Assembly (NCBI GenBank): GCA_963735595.1
Contig: CAVTLK010000001.1
Span: 480,001-544,000 of the forward strand
DNA: 64,000 nucleotides
Direction of reading: 5' to 3'
From: an uncultured delta proteobacterium
GTDB lineage: Bacteria; Desulfobacterota; Zymogenia; Zymogenales; Zymogenaceae
Shown one piece after another: positions 33,465 through 48,062 of the stretch. The notes beneath the pieces were generated by a model, which worked only from the letters and a program-made list of their open reading frames with translations, was not told the DNA's origin and made no database searches. Numbering within the stretch: the first letter of the stretch is position 1; every line of letters starts with the position of its first letter. The translations under genes were made by a program, and so were the position numbers.

Positions 33465-34270
33465 TTACCCTCGGTAGTGCATCGTATTGACTACCGGATG
33501 CGATACCGTAACCCGTGCGGCGATTTCCTCGACCAGGTGATGCTCTTTAGCGTTGTGAATAACGCCCTTGAGCAGCACGGATTTCCCGTCAAAAACGACC
33601 TCGAGCGTGGGGAGGTTGATGCGCGTATCGGTCATAAGGGCCGCCCTGACCCTGGCCGCGTCGGCCCGACCAGCCAGCAGATCGGCCGCCTCGGGGGTTC
33701 TCAGTTTGTCCCTTTCGATAAGAGCGGCGTGATTATCCCGGCGATCTCTTCGTAGGTCTCGGTTCCCGAGTTGAAGACCATATCGTAGTTGGCGACGTCC
33801 TCCCAGTCCCCTGCCGTAGTTCTTGTTGACGTAGTCTGCCCGGGTCTTGTCGATCCTGGCGATTTCGCGGTGAGCGGTCTTCTCTCCGACACCGTCCTCT
33901 TTCATCATCCGGGTGACGCGTATCTCCACCGGAGCCACGAGCCTGACCCTGAGCGACATGGGGGATTTCCCTGAGCAGGTAGTTGCCTCCCCGGCCGATG
34001 ATAACGACGTTATCTTTTAGGGCATGTTCGTATAGTGATCGATTCGACCAGCGCGACGAGGCCGTGGTATTCCCAGTCGAACCGTTCCCAGATGCTGGGT
34101 GAGTTTTCGTCGAACGCCAGATCCGCCCCCGGCCACCGTTTACCGTATTTCTTGATATCTGCAAGAATGAGTTTTCTGTTGACTAATTGATACCCGAGAT
34201 GCCCGGGCAACGGCGGTCCGATTTCATTACTGCCGCTCTGGCACTCCCGCGAGATGGTCAGTATCGCCAT
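33465..34270 (-). CDS. Cytidylate kinase-like family protein with C-terminal BON-like domain (several indels)
   Basis: MAILTISRECQSG, VIIGRGG, RVRLVAP, DWEDVANYDMVFN across frames. Confidence 0.78.
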
Positions 34271-34272
34271 GA

Positions 34273-35043
34273 TTACCCCCGATTATCGGCTTTTGTATCG
34301 GGATCCTTGTGCGGGATGAGGTGATCCATCTCCCGTTCCTCGCGGGACGCCGCTTGACCGTTATCCAGAGCCTCCCGACGACGATGACCGCGACGTAAAG
34401 AAGGCCTGCACGCCATACTCAACGCTTTGAATGGCCGATCTTCGAGACAACAAACGGGTCGGTGATCATCATCTCGCCGCCTACCCTGCCGAGTACCGCG
34501 GTGCCGATGTACAGGATGACAGGATACCGGTCCATCAGCATGGACAAGGAGATTGCTGGTGAACACGACAAACGGGATGGAAAGACCGAGCCCGAAGACC
34601 AGGAGGAACAGGTTTCCCTCGGACGCCCCCGCCACGGCCAGGATATTGTCGACCGACATGGTTATATCGGCTATGATGATGAGCCACATCGCCTGGAGCA
34701 GGCTTGCGGCCTGTTTGCCGCCCTCATCACCGTCCCCCCCGCTGATAAAGAGCTTTACGGCAATCCAGATGATCAGGATGCCTCCGATGAACTTTATGAA
34801 CATGATCTCCAGGAGCTTGGAGGCAAAGAAGGTAAGCGCCACACGCAGGATTACGGCGGCCCCTGCCCCCATGATTATCCCTTGTTTTCGCTTTTTTCTC
34901 GGGAGGTTTCTCACGGCCATGGCAATGACCACGGCATTGTCACCGGCCAGCACCAGGTCTATCAACACGATTGACAGCAGTGCGAACAGGAACTGCCAGG
35001 TAAATTCTATGTGTCCCAATATGCCGAAATCCACGATGCGCAC
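34273..35043 (-). CDS. TerC family integral membrane protein (YjbE type), indels in 3' part
   Basis: IDLVLAGDNAVVIAMA, ADITMSVDNILAVAGAS, GLGLSIP. Confidence 0.9.
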   Translation of the reverse strand: MRIVDFGILGHIEFTWQFLFALLSIVLIDLVLAGDNAVVIAMAVRNLPRKKRKQGIIMGAGAAVILRVALTFFASKLLEIMFIKFIGGILIIWIAVKLFISGGDGDEGGKQAASLLQAMWLIIIADITMSVDNILAVAGASEGNLFLLVFGLGLSIPFVVFTSNLLVHADGPVSCHPVHRHRGTRQGRRRDDDHRPVCCLEDRPFKALSMACRPSLRRGHRRREALDNGQAASREEREMDHLIPHKDPDTKADNRG

Positions 35044-35295
35044 CCCCGCCTACAGCCGGTCATTCAATCGAACAATACTCGTGTCGAAAGGATGCTTATA
35101 TATCCCAAAAAGAGATCGGTTGTCAAGGATAATAGAATCCGCCGCTTTGATAAAACTCCGGGAATTTTATCCGGTTCTATTCATTTGTCAATTCGTTTCC
35201 GATTGAAAAACCGCGCCCGCCGGGCTATACTAATCCACATGGTACGCTTTAGAACGTACCGAGGACGTTTTAATACAATTGATGAGCCGAGGCTG

Positions 35296-37992
<2,697 letters not shown>

Positions 37993-38227
37993 ACGGAGGG
38001 GTACCTCCTTCTTCCCCGGGCGCGCCACCGCCCGGACGCCGCGTGAAACCGAAGCCAAGACCGTCTTACTGGTTTTACCGTTTCCTAATCCTGTTTCTAA
38101 TCGCCGGTATTGGTTCTCATCTGCCGTCATGTCCATGCCGGATAGCGACTGATAGACACAACTAGATTGTAGTTTACTATTTCACTGCATACTATATAAT
38201 AGGTTACAAATCCCACTGGGGAGGTAC

Positions 38228-38803
38228 GTGATGGAAAGAAACGGTTTTCTCAAACGGTTTCTCGGCCCCGTCTTTTTTGTCTTTGTTGTCTTGAGCCTTT
38301 CATGGGCGGCCTATATGCTCTCTCCCCGCATACCGAGCTTCGCCCTCTTCCAGATCGTCGCAACCGTCTCCGGTATCGTGCTATTCATCAGTCTCGGTCT
38401 CGGGGCGCTCTACGTCTACTACGTCTCATACGTGAGGGGAGCCGGTTTTGCGGAGCGGGTCATTGCAGCCTTAGTCAATCCGCTTATCTGGATGACGAAG
38501 GAAGTGGCCGTTATCGGCTCCGTTTACACCGTGCCCGAGGCACTCTACTACTACCTGAACCCAGTTCACCTGCTGCTCCTGGGGGCGGTCGTCGCCGAAA
38601 TGGGAGTGGCCGAGCTTCTCGTCAGGCGCAGACTTAAGGCTGCCGGCTCAGGACAACGGGTCATTACGGTTCCGGCGGTGACGGCCGTTGTCCTCGGCGT
38701 TTTCTGGATTGCCTTCATGTTCCTCTGGGACCTCGGCGTCCATCATTTCTATATCTTCCAGGAAGGTTTTAAAGCACTCTTCGGCTTCGGGAGCGGACTA
38801 TAA
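38228..38803 (+). CDS. Hypothetical integral membrane protein
   Basis: 191-aa ORF, RBS GGAGG, about five hydrophobic segments. Confidence 0.75.
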   Translation: MMERNGFLKRFLGPVFFVFVVLSLSWAAYMLSPRIPSFALFQIVATVSGIVLFISLGLGALYVYYVSYVRGAGFAERVIAALVNPLIWMTKEVAVIGSVYTVPEALYYYLNPVHLLLLGAVVAEMGVAELLVRRRLKAAGSGQRVITVPAVTAVVLGVFWIAFMFLWDLGVHHFYIFQEGFKALFGFGSGL

Positions 38804-38836
38804 TGAGAAACCCGCTACTTAACGGTGAGGTGAATC

Positions 38837-40243
38837 ATGACCAAGAACGATGACGAGTTCTATAATCGCTCCATAACCCGGCGCGAAGCTCTGGTCGCAC
38901 TCGGACTGGCCTCGGCGGCCTCCATCACGGGAATAGGGTCCATTGATCGTGCCTGGGCCAATCCGGGGGCGGGTCTTCCGAACATTATCTTCATCCTTTC
39001 CGACGACCACCGCTGGGATCATATGGGCTGTGCAGGACACCCTTTTCTTCAGACCCCCGCGATGGACCGGCTCGCTGCCGAGGGGGTCCTCTTCGAAAAC
39101 GCCTTTGTCACCACGTCGCTCTGCAGCCCTTCCCGGGCCTCGTTTTTAACCGGGACGTACGCCCATACTCACGGGGTAAAAAATAATATCACCCCATGGA
39201 AGGGATCGAACGTCACGTTCCTGGAGACGATGAAGGTCCGCGGCTACGAAACCGCATTCATCGGCAAGTGGCACATGCCGGGCAGTATCCCGACGATAAC
39301 GGCCATCGACGAATTCATAACGTTCACTGCGCAGGGCGGCCAGGGGCAATACTTCAATTGCCCGCTCATCGTGAACGGCAAACAAGAACCGTCCCGAAAG
39401 GCATACATTACCGAGGAGCTGACCGACCGGGCCATCGAGTTTATTGATTCGCGCAAGGACAAACCGTTTTGCCTGTACCTTTCTCACAAGGCGGTGCATC
39501 ACCAGTTCCTTCCGCCGCCCAATCTGAAGGGCCTCTATGATGACATCGACCTGAATCTGCCCGGGGAATTTGACCCCTGGATCACCGCCACAAAGGGGAA
39601 CCTCCTCTACGGCGTCCTCGGACCGCTGCCCGGGCATTACCGCAACTACTGCGCGGCGCTGACTGCGCTGGATCGCGAAATTGGCAGGCTCCTGAACAGG
39701 CTCGACGAGCTTGCTATCGCCGACAACACCATTGTTGTCTACGCCGGGGATAACGGTTATTTCTGGGGAGAACATAACCTCGTGGATAAGCGCTGGGCGT
39801 ACGAAGAATCGATGCGGATACCGTTTATCGTGCGCTGGCCGTCGCGTATCGCCGATCCCGGCCGCCGCGCCGGTCAAATGGTCCTTAACGTGGATCTCGC
39901 CCCCACGCTCTCGGACCTCACGGCAAGCCCGATGTCCGACCGGTTTGAAGGGGCGAGCTTACTGCCGGTCCTGATGTCTGCGGCTGCCCCCGGTCGGAAC
40001 GACTGGTTCTACGAATATTTTTCTGATTATCCCTATCGGGTTCCGCCGCAGTACGCGGTGCGAACGTCAAGCCACAAATACATCGAATTCATGACTAACC
40101 GTAAACCGGAGCTCTACGATGTTACTCATGACCCCAGGGAGCATCAGAATCTGTATGGTACGATTGAAGGAATCCAGGTGCAAAAGGAGCTCAAGGACCG
40201 TTTGGAATGGTATAAAGAACGATATCACGTGAACGGGGCGTAG
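38837..40243 (+). CDS. Sulfatase (Cys-type) with Tat signal peptide
   Basis: TRREAL signal; SDDH, CSPSRASFLTG, GKWH, GDNG, KRWAYEES, ELYD. Confidence 0.92.
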   Translation: MTKNDDEFYNRSITRREALVALGLASAASITGIGSIDRAWANPGAGLPNIIFILSDDHRWDHMGCAGHPFLQTPAMDRLAAEGVLFENAFVTTSLCSPSRASFLTGTYAHTHGVKNNITPWKGSNVTFLETMKVRGYETAFIGKWHMPGSIPTITAIDEFITFTAQGGQGQYFNCPLIVNGKQEPSRKAYITEELTDRAIEFIDSRKDKPFCLYLSHKAVHHQFLPPPNLKGLYDDIDLNLPGEFDPWITATKGNLLYGVLGPLPGHYRNYCAALTALDREIGRLLNRLDELAIADNTIVVYAGDNGYFWGEHNLVDKRWAYEESMRIPFIVRWPSRIADPGRRAGQMVLNVDLAPTLSDLTASPMSDRFEGASLLPVLMSAAAPGRNDWFYEYFSDYPYRVPPQYAVRTSSHKYIEFMTNRKPELYDVTHDPREHQNLYGTIEGIQVQKELKDRLEWYKERYHVNGA

Positions 40244-40440
40244 CGCCCCGCTTGTGAAAGCCTCGCATTAACCGGCTCCGGACCATTTTCGGCGCGGAAT
40301 AGTACGTTACCGTCGCTACGTAACTTTTCATATAAAGAGCGCCAGCCCTTGCGACAAAGGGTTCCCGTCCTTTTGATTATCGCGCATGTTCTTCGTAATG
40401 GAGGTTACGCTGTTTTGAGGAAATCCCATATGGTGCTGCA

Positions 40441-41386
40441 ATGAACCGACAAGATACGCGCACTAAACCCGGGGACATTCTGTTGCTAATCATGTATCGC
40501 CTGTTCGTGAACACGATTGGCTGTTTCCCCTTGCCGGTTGTACGATACTGCTGCCGAATTATCTTTCTGTTTCCTTTATCCCCTCGCCGGTCTGTTGTTC
40601 GGCCTTCGGCGTCGTGTCGCCCGAAACTTACGCGCCGCCTACCGCGACGTCCCTGACCATCCGCGAGTCAAAAACGATCGCCCGAAGGGTCCTCTATAAC
40701 CAGCTCCTCTTTTTCATGGAGCTCTTCTTCTACTACCATCAAGAGAAACAAGAAGTACCTTAAGAGGAATCGGTATCGATCGAGGGCATTGAGAACCTCG
40801 CCGCCGCCCGCGAACGGCTCAAGAGGGGTAATCGGAATCAGCGCGCCACCTCGGCAACTTCCAGCTCATGATGCTCAGGCTCTCGTTGAGGACGGTAGAT
40901 TCGCCGCCCTGATTAAGAACCCAAAATCCAAGGTACTGTCCGATGCGTGGATCGAGTACATGGATGAGCTTCGGCCTCAGAACTATCATGATGAAAAATC
41001 GGGTTTCGGCGACAAAACAGATCATACGGGAGCTGAGGCGATCTGCCTTTATCATGTTTGTTGCCGACGAATTCACGCGGCGGAGCGCGCATGTCGTTAC
41101 CTTCTTCGGGAAAAGGACCTCCATGGCGGCGGGGCCGGCACAGCTTTCTCGCTGAAGATGGGCATACCACTGTTGCCGTGCTTTCATCATCCGGGAAGAT
41201 ACGGGTCGTTACCGGATCATCATTGAACAGGCCGATCGAGATTGACGCTTCGGGCGATTACGAGGTCGATTGCCGGACCGTTACGCAGACAGCGCATCGA
41301 TATACTTGAAAGATTTATCAGGCGCTATACCGACCAGTGGTTCTGGACTCAGATCCCGATGGAAGAAGAGGATACTCAAAGAATGA
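40441..41386 (+). CDS. LpxL-like (lipid A/phospholipid) acyltransferase, heavily frameshifted
   Basis: Fragments: SAHLGNFQL, FIMFVADE, VTFFGK...GPA, LERFIRRYTDQWFW..RWK. Confidence 0.65.
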
Positions 41387-41536
41387 ATAGACGTCTGGTG
41401 TATACGTCCAGGTGCGACTATTTTTATTGCCTTTCTCTCATTCATGATATAATATTATCATTTATGTCTTTTCGGCCTGGTCTAACGCTATCCCAGCATT
41501 CTCGAGGCATCGCCGGCACGAGAGGAGGAACATACT

Positions 41537-42510
41537 GTGATCAACAGCGAGCATCTCGATACCATCAACCTGCGTAGCTACTCCTTTGTTCAGGTACTCC
41601 TCGGCAGGCTGCTCCTTATCCCGAACTACCATTTTTTTTCCCGGGTCAAAATTATTATCGAGAACTATGAAAATATCCCGAAGGACGAGACGGTCATCTT
41701 CGCGCTCAACCATACGGACCGATATAATTACTGGCCCTTCCAGTATAAGATGTGGCGACAGGGCAAGGGAAAACTTCCCCAGACCACGACGTGGGTAAAG
41801 GGAGAGTATTACGGTAATATCCTGATGCGTAAGTTTTTCGACTGGACCAACAACATTCCTGTTCCCTCCAGGGGATACCTGATCAGAGAGGATTTCAGAG
41901 AGCATCGTCAATGAGAAGATATCCAAAATGGAATACCGTATTCTTCGGGATTATGCGAGCCGGAAGACCACCCTTAAAAAGATCGGCGCCGAAATGACCG
42001 AAAATATCAGAAAGGTTATCAACTACCCCCGAAAGTTCATTATCCGGCATCGAGATCCCCTATTCCGACTATATCGATTCATACTATCGCCAGCTCATGG
42101 CAAAGTCGCGGAGATCAACTTCAGGGCGCTTTTTGATAAGAACCTGAATGTCATCATCTTCCCCGAGGGAACCCGGTCTCTCACGCTCGGCACCGGCAAG
42201 ACCGGCATCGCCCATCTCGCCCTCAAGTCGGGTAAAAAGGTTGTTCCGGTGGGTTGTAACGGCAGCGACCGGGTTTATCCCGGGAAATCTCCCCTGGGCA
42301 AAGAGCGGCACGATCGTCTATCGGATTGGAACGCCGATCGATCCCCGGGAGATCGTTGGAGACATCGATCGGTCGTTTGTCCCGTTCTCACGCGAGGCCG
42401 AAGTTGAGCTTAATGATGAATTCCGTGAATTCACTCAGTTTGTCATGGAGCGTATCAATGAGCTGCTCGACGACCACCATCGGTCTTTATCCCCGATAAC
42501 GGTGGTCTGA
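41537..42510 (+). CDS. PlsC-like lysophospholipid acyltransferase (indels)
   Basis: IFALNHTDRYN, IFPEGTRS, VPVGCNGSDRVYPG. Confidence 0.8.
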
Positions 42511-42583
42511 TCGAACAAGACCCGTACGGCAACGCGACAAAATCGGCGGGGCTAAAATCGGTAGTAACAGGTAAATACGATAA

Positions 42584-42610
42584 AGAAGGGGGGCGAACGC
42601 TCCCCCTTCT
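42584..42610. terminator. Bidirectional hairpin between convergent genes
   Basis: AGAAGGGGGGCG-AA-CGCTCCCCCTTCT. Confidence 0.55.
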
Positions 42611-42630
42611 CGTTCTGCCAGCCGGTCTTC

Positions 42631-43407
42631 TTATCTGCCGCGAATGCGGGATTCCTGCCTGCACCTTCTCATAGAGCACGATACCCACCGATACTCCGAC
42701 GTTGAGCGACGTAATTCGTCCGGCAAGCGGGATAGACAGGATGCGGTCGCACTTGTTGCGAATCGTTATCTGATAGCCCCTTATCCTCGCCACCGAAGAC
42801 GAAGGCCGCCGGCCCCGGTCAGGTCGGCGTTATAGTAGTCGATATCGCCCTCTGCCTCCACGCCGAATAGCATGATACCCTCACGCCGCATCAGTGAAAG
42901 GGCACTCGTCGGGCTCTCGTGTATTACCGGGATATATTCGGAAGCCCCCATGGAGATGCGGGATACCGCCGCGGACAGCGGAGCGCTGCGCCGGGAGGGT
43001 ATAATCACCCCGTCCACCCCGGCCCCGTCGGCCGTTCTCAGGATCGCCCCCACGTTTTGTTCGTACATCACCTCCCCGAGCACCACGATACAGCGGGTCC
43101 TTTACCCCCGCAAGTGACACGAGGAGTTCCTTCAGGGACATCCGGGGTCTCGGTGCCGCCATTGCAATGACGCCCTGGTGGGAACCGGTCGATGATATCC
43201 GATCGAGCCTCTCTCTTCCTGACGGCCGCCGGCTGAATCCCCTCGGCACGCGGCAAGCCGAATGATTTCGTCGATCTTCCCCTTTACCTCAATCCCATTA
43301 TCAATATAGATGGATTTTATCCGTCGTCCCGCCCTGAGCGCTTCTAAAACGACATTTCTTCCCTCAAGCGGGACATACTGCTTTTCGTGCCGGCCTCTGT
43401 CTCTCAT
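42631..43407 (-). CDS. rlmB: 23S rRNA (G2251) 2'-O-methyltransferase (several indels)
   Basis: GRNVVLEAL, HQGVIA, NVGAILRTA, SLNVGVS. Confidence 0.85.
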
Positions 43408-43459
43408 CTTCCTTTTCTCGATTCTCCAGTCGCCCCGGTATCGTCGGTGCGGTTACCGC

Positions 43460-43850
43460 TCACCCCTGCTGGGCGACGCCGGGATCACCGCTTTTATTCC
43501 CTTTCTTTATCGGATCCGTTGACGGCCTTTTATCCTCAATCAGCTCCGCTTTTTCAGTCCCGGACGAGCCGGTTTTATTGGTAATACCGTCCAGGAAATC
43601 ACGATATGCCGTTATCTCGTAAAGGAGGACGCCGATGATAACGGCAAACGCCCCCAAATCGTCAACTATGCCGATAACCGGGAATATTCCAGGGATGAAA
43701 TCAAAGGGGATAAGGATGTAAAATATGAGAACGAGATACATTAGCTTTCGCCCGAAGGGTATGGTGTATCCCTTATCATTCATCATCTGAATGAGGAAAC
43801 GGTAGTCCTTGACGATATTGAATAGGTCCAGGAGATGATTCGATTGTCAT
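43460..43850 (-). CDS. DUF1232 (YkvA) family membrane protein (5' indel)
   Basis: YILIPFDFIP.IFPVIGIVDD. Confidence 0.8.
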
Positions 43851-44003
43851 GTCAGTATCTCCTTTGTTGCATCACCTCGGTACGCATAATCCGCCACATC
43901 CGCCCTCTATCGATCGTAGCGTGATTTCTATTGGGACAGCCTTCCCCCATGAGCCGGGCGCCGGACCCGGGTTTGCGTCGGCTTCGGACGGTTCGACCCA
44001 TCA

Positions 44004-44438
44004 CTATAACGTCTCAAAAGATACACCCCGTTTCTTGGCCCTGTCTATCAGGTCCTGTATTGTGGTCTTTCCAAAGAAGCCCTCGAGAATATCCCCCGCC
44101 TCTTTCCAGACATCCTGCGTGACGCACTTGACCGCCATTTCACATCCTGCCACCCCTTCAATACAGTCCACGAGCTGTATCGGACCTTCGACGGCCCGCA
44201 CAATCATCAGGAGCGTAATATCCTTCGGAGGATAGGCCAGCGTGTACCCGCCGGATCGCCCCCTATGACTGCTAATTAGTCCCGCCCGCTTGAGCTTTAG
44301 AAAAATCTGACCGATATAATTAAGCGATATCTGCTGACGTGCGGAAACCTGAGAGGCACGGACCAGATTGCCTTGGCCGCAATAGGCAATATCAAACAGC
44401 GCACGAACCCCATATCTCGAGAGCGTAGTCAGTTTCAT
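44004..44438 (-). CDS. Rrf2 family transcriptional regulator with three Cys ligands
   Basis: MKLTTLSRYGVRA, RGRSGGY.LA, C-x6-C-x5-C. Confidence 0.92.
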   Translation of the reverse strand: MKLTTLSRYGVRALFDIAYCGQGNLVRASQVSARQQISLNYIGQIFLKLKRAGLISSHRGRSGGYTLAYPPKDITLLMIVRAVEGPIQLVDCIEGVAGCEMAVKCVTQDVWKEAGDILEGFFGKTTIQDLIDRAKKRGVSFETL

Positions 44439-44808
44439 ATCTTCCCCCGGTATAATAGCTTTCGATTCTACCCGCGGATGTCAGACGCTACGATGGAGTT
44501 TTAAGTCACGATATTAACGCGTTATCCGTCTAATTGGTATTGAACAGATAGAAATAGTATGGTATAATTATTGCCGTACACGGTACGCCTCTGTACGGTA
44601 ACGGCGCGAAATTGGGTTGCCGGTATCAATTGCGTTTATTCGGATTGTCACTTTCTCATAACGCGTAACCATACCATACTGTAAATTGTTTTAACAGTAA
44701 AAATTCTGTATTGCCGCACTAAATATTACAGCTTTTTTGATCAAAAACTTTTATTGTTACTTTAGACGATGTTCCATAATTTTTTATTCGCCAACAAGGA
44801 GGATTACA

Positions 44809-45397
44809 ATGTCAATACGATCATGGAAAAAAGCGGCGCTGTCGGCGCGTTATTGTTTCCATTGCGCTGCTCTGGTCCGTCTCGGCCTTTTGCGCCGACG
44901 TTCTGACGAAGGACAGTGACTTTATGGATCCCGAAGCGGGCGTCTGGGGATTCATCCCCGACTATACCGATATGGTCGAGGGTGATCACGTCAACTGGAT
45001 ATGGACAAAGCCGGGTGTCAGCCTCACCCAGTACAAGACCGTCGAGGTCCCCGAGTTTGAGAATCTCTGGAAGGAGACGGACGTAACGGCACAGGATCTC
45101 CTTACCCGGAACATGAAGGACGGCCTTTCGCGCCGCCTCGGGCTCACGGTTGTCGATAAGAACGCCGACATCACCGTCAAGGGGGCGATGGTCGACTATT
45201 TCCTGGGAAACACCGCCGCCAGGATATGGGTTGGATTCGGCGCCGGTGAGCCTCTCGTCGAGGTGGAGGTGTACGTCGTCGATAATAAGACAAACGAGAT
45301 CATCTCGAAGGTGAGGCATCAGGCCATCGACTCGACGATAGAAAGCGTTATTGCCGAGACCGTCTCAGATATTATCGGCGAGTGGGCGAAACGCTGA
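44809..45397 (+). CDS. Exported hypothetical protein (DUF4410/DUF3313-like); 5' frameshifted
   Basis: RBS AAGGAGG before ATG 44809; GNTAARIWVGFGAG motif in ORF 44924..45397. Confidence 0.65.
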
Positions 45398-45451
45398 TAA
45401 AATAAATAGCTGTGAGGGCGGCGGCATTACGGCTCCGCCCGGGATTATACG

Positions 45452-45485
45452 GGAGTCCTCGTTTCGTTCGAGGACTCCTTTTTTT
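45452..45485 (+). terminator. Intrinsic terminator
   Basis: GGAGTCCTCG-TTTCGTT-CGAGGACTCC followed by T7. Confidence 0.85.
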
Positions 45486-45725
45486 GGGGGGGTCATCTCG
45501 GGAAAGCCGCTCGGGGAGGGAATAGGCCCGACCATTGGTGTAACTATCTGTGATTCATCGGAAAACGGGGCTAAACGAGAGGTTGAAGCGGATCCTTCGC
45601 CTTTTTGTCGGACGGTCTAAAGGCCGGTCCCGACCCATTAGCGCCGGCTCGGTAATCCCGTTTAACAAAACGGGCGGGAGAAAATGACGGGACTTCACGG
45701 CCGCTTTCGACGGCCTCATAACATG

Positions 45726-46817
45726 CTATGACCGTACTCTCAGCAACAGATATCCGCCCGCGATCGCAAACAGGACGTTGGCCGTCCAGGCCGCAACAAT
45801 CGGCGGCAGGTTCCCCCCGTGTCCGAGAGCAACACAGATCGAGAAGATCACCCAGTAAAGGTAACCGACACCAACGCGAGATCACTACTCCCGTGCCCAG
45901 CCCACCCTTCCTTCCTACCATGAGTGCAAAGGGCGTCGCAATCAACGACATAATCAGACACGCAAGTGGGTACGACAGCTTTGCCTGCATGTCAACCCGA
46001 TACCGTGTCGTGTCATATCCCTTTTTCTCAAGGTTATCCGCGTACATCGACAGCTCTCGATACGACATCTTTGCGGCGTCTTTCTCGAAGGCGATCTTGA
46101 AGTCATCCGGCGTCTCTTTTATCGATACGTAGCGTATCGGGTACTTCATGGTGGAAAATGAGCTCGTTCCCGTGAAATCATTTTCAATGACGTTGTAAAA
46201 TATCCACCGTCCGTTTTTCCATACCGCCCGGTCGGCAATGATCCGCTTCTTTAGCTGAAATCCATCATCGAACATGTAGATCGTTATTCTTTCGATGGTG
46301 CTATCCTGCGGAATAAACTGATCTATATTGTAGATCGTATTTTCGTCGCGCACCCATATCTTGTCCAGACGGTATTGCACCCCGGGACCGATCTTCTTCT
46401 TCTTGATCTTGACGTCTTTAATGTATTCGTTATAACTATTCGACTTGCGGCACGACGTACTCGTTTCCGAGATAGGACATGATACTCAATAACGCCGCCA
46501 TTATCAGGACCGGCCTGATAATGAAGCCGTGGCTTATCCCGCCGGACATCATCGCGATAGTCTCCAGGTTTCTACCCATGAGACCCAGGGAAACGAAGGT
46601 GGCAAGCATTATGGCCATTGGAAGCGTCAGGAACAGGACGTAGGGCAATTTAGTCAGGAAGAAGACGATGACTAAGTTCAAAGGCACGGGATTTTCAATG
46701 ATGTTTCCTATGTTATCGAATATATCTACGACTAAAAAGAGCATCACGAATGCCGCAATCGAGAGCAGCAGATACAGGAATAAATTGTTTTACGATGTAT
46801 TTCGTTAGTATTTTCAT
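45726..46817 (-). CDS. lptG: LPS export ABC permease LptG (indels)
   Basis: LP.A..LA...SLG.M..N.ETIAM..GGIS, MSYREL, KLSYPLACLIM; adjacent to lptF. Confidence 0.85.
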
Positions 46818-48062
46818 CGGGACATGCGCTCCATAATCCTGCTAGTATACTCGGATACCGTGCTATAGATCGTAGTAATAAAAACCGGTTTTTCCTTCGC
46901 GGCCTTTAGGAAGAGGTATAATCCCGATCCACCAAGAACCACGTTTCCGAACCACAGCGAGAGACAGGGGAGGAATCGCGCCGTTCTTTCCGAGCACCTC
47001 GCCCGCGGCCATGAAGATATAGTAGATAAATATAACCAGGATCACCAAGACGAAATTGCCCGACTTTCCCTTCGGGTTGATTTGAACGCTCAGCGGGATT
47101 CCGAGGATCATAAAGACGATACAGGCAAACGGTATCGCGAAGTATTCTTGATATCTCAACCTGTTTCTTCCGTATATTACGATTCGTACTGTACAACCAG
47201 TATCCGGTTTTTTTCCGACGGGTGCTTTTTCGTATTCCTCCTCCAGGCCGACGAGGTTATCCCTCAACCCGTCGATGGAGGCCCTCAGTTCGTCGAGCGT
47301 CATCTCTTGATTTCTCTTGTTCTCTTCGTCTTCCTCCCTCCTCTCCGAATAGATTAAGGTTCATGTTGTATTTGTTAAAGACGATGATTTGATCTGAATC
47401 GGTGTATTTATTGGAAAGGAGGATAGACCCGTTACTCAGGCTGATCGTGAGGTACTGGCTCGTCTCGTCGGAGGTGAGATACCCCTCCTGCGCGATGATG
47501 GTGATGGCCCGGTCTACATTGGTGTCATCAAAGACCAGGATCCCGTAGAGGTGATTTGATCGGATCGGTATGCGGTCGACGTATATGATCCTTCCCGCCA
47601 GATCGTTGAAGACCTTTTCCTCTATGCCGACGTTGATTTGTGTGCGCAGAACCGAAACGACAAATCTCCTGAGATGGAAGTTGCTGGTCGGCGTCACGAA
47701 GATCGTCAGGTATGATGTTAAAACCCAGGCGAAGATCGAAAAGATAAGCACGGGACGCAAGAGCTGATAGAGACTTACGCCCGACGACTTGAGGGCGATA
47801 ATCTCGTAATCGTGGACGCGCGGCCGAACGTAAGGATAACGGCCGAGCGCCAGCGACATCGGAATGGTAAAGACCAGGAAAAAGGGAAGCATTAATCCGA
47901 AGAACTTAACAATAGTAAATACAGACATCCCCTTGTTGACGATCAGGTCGGCCAATTGGAAGGTACTTCCCCGTCAGCAGGATGAAGCTGAATATGAATT
48001 ATACCGACGATGAAATTCGTGATGAGCTCAAGGAGGAGATATTTGGAGATAGTTTTCTGCAT
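46814..48062 (-). CDS. lptF: LPS export ABC permease LptF (indels)
   Basis: MQKTISKYL, TIPMS, EIIALKSSGVSL, FAIPFACIVF..LGIPL. Confidence 0.85.

Noticed and set aside
35044..35295. yybP-ykoY Mn riboswitch expected near terC / P-type ATPase
   Set aside because: Could not find the GGGGAGUA...GACC core on either strand.
44677..44699. E. coli-type LexA box
   Set aside because: CTGT and ACAG are 11 nt apart, not 8; kept only as a generic inverted repeat.
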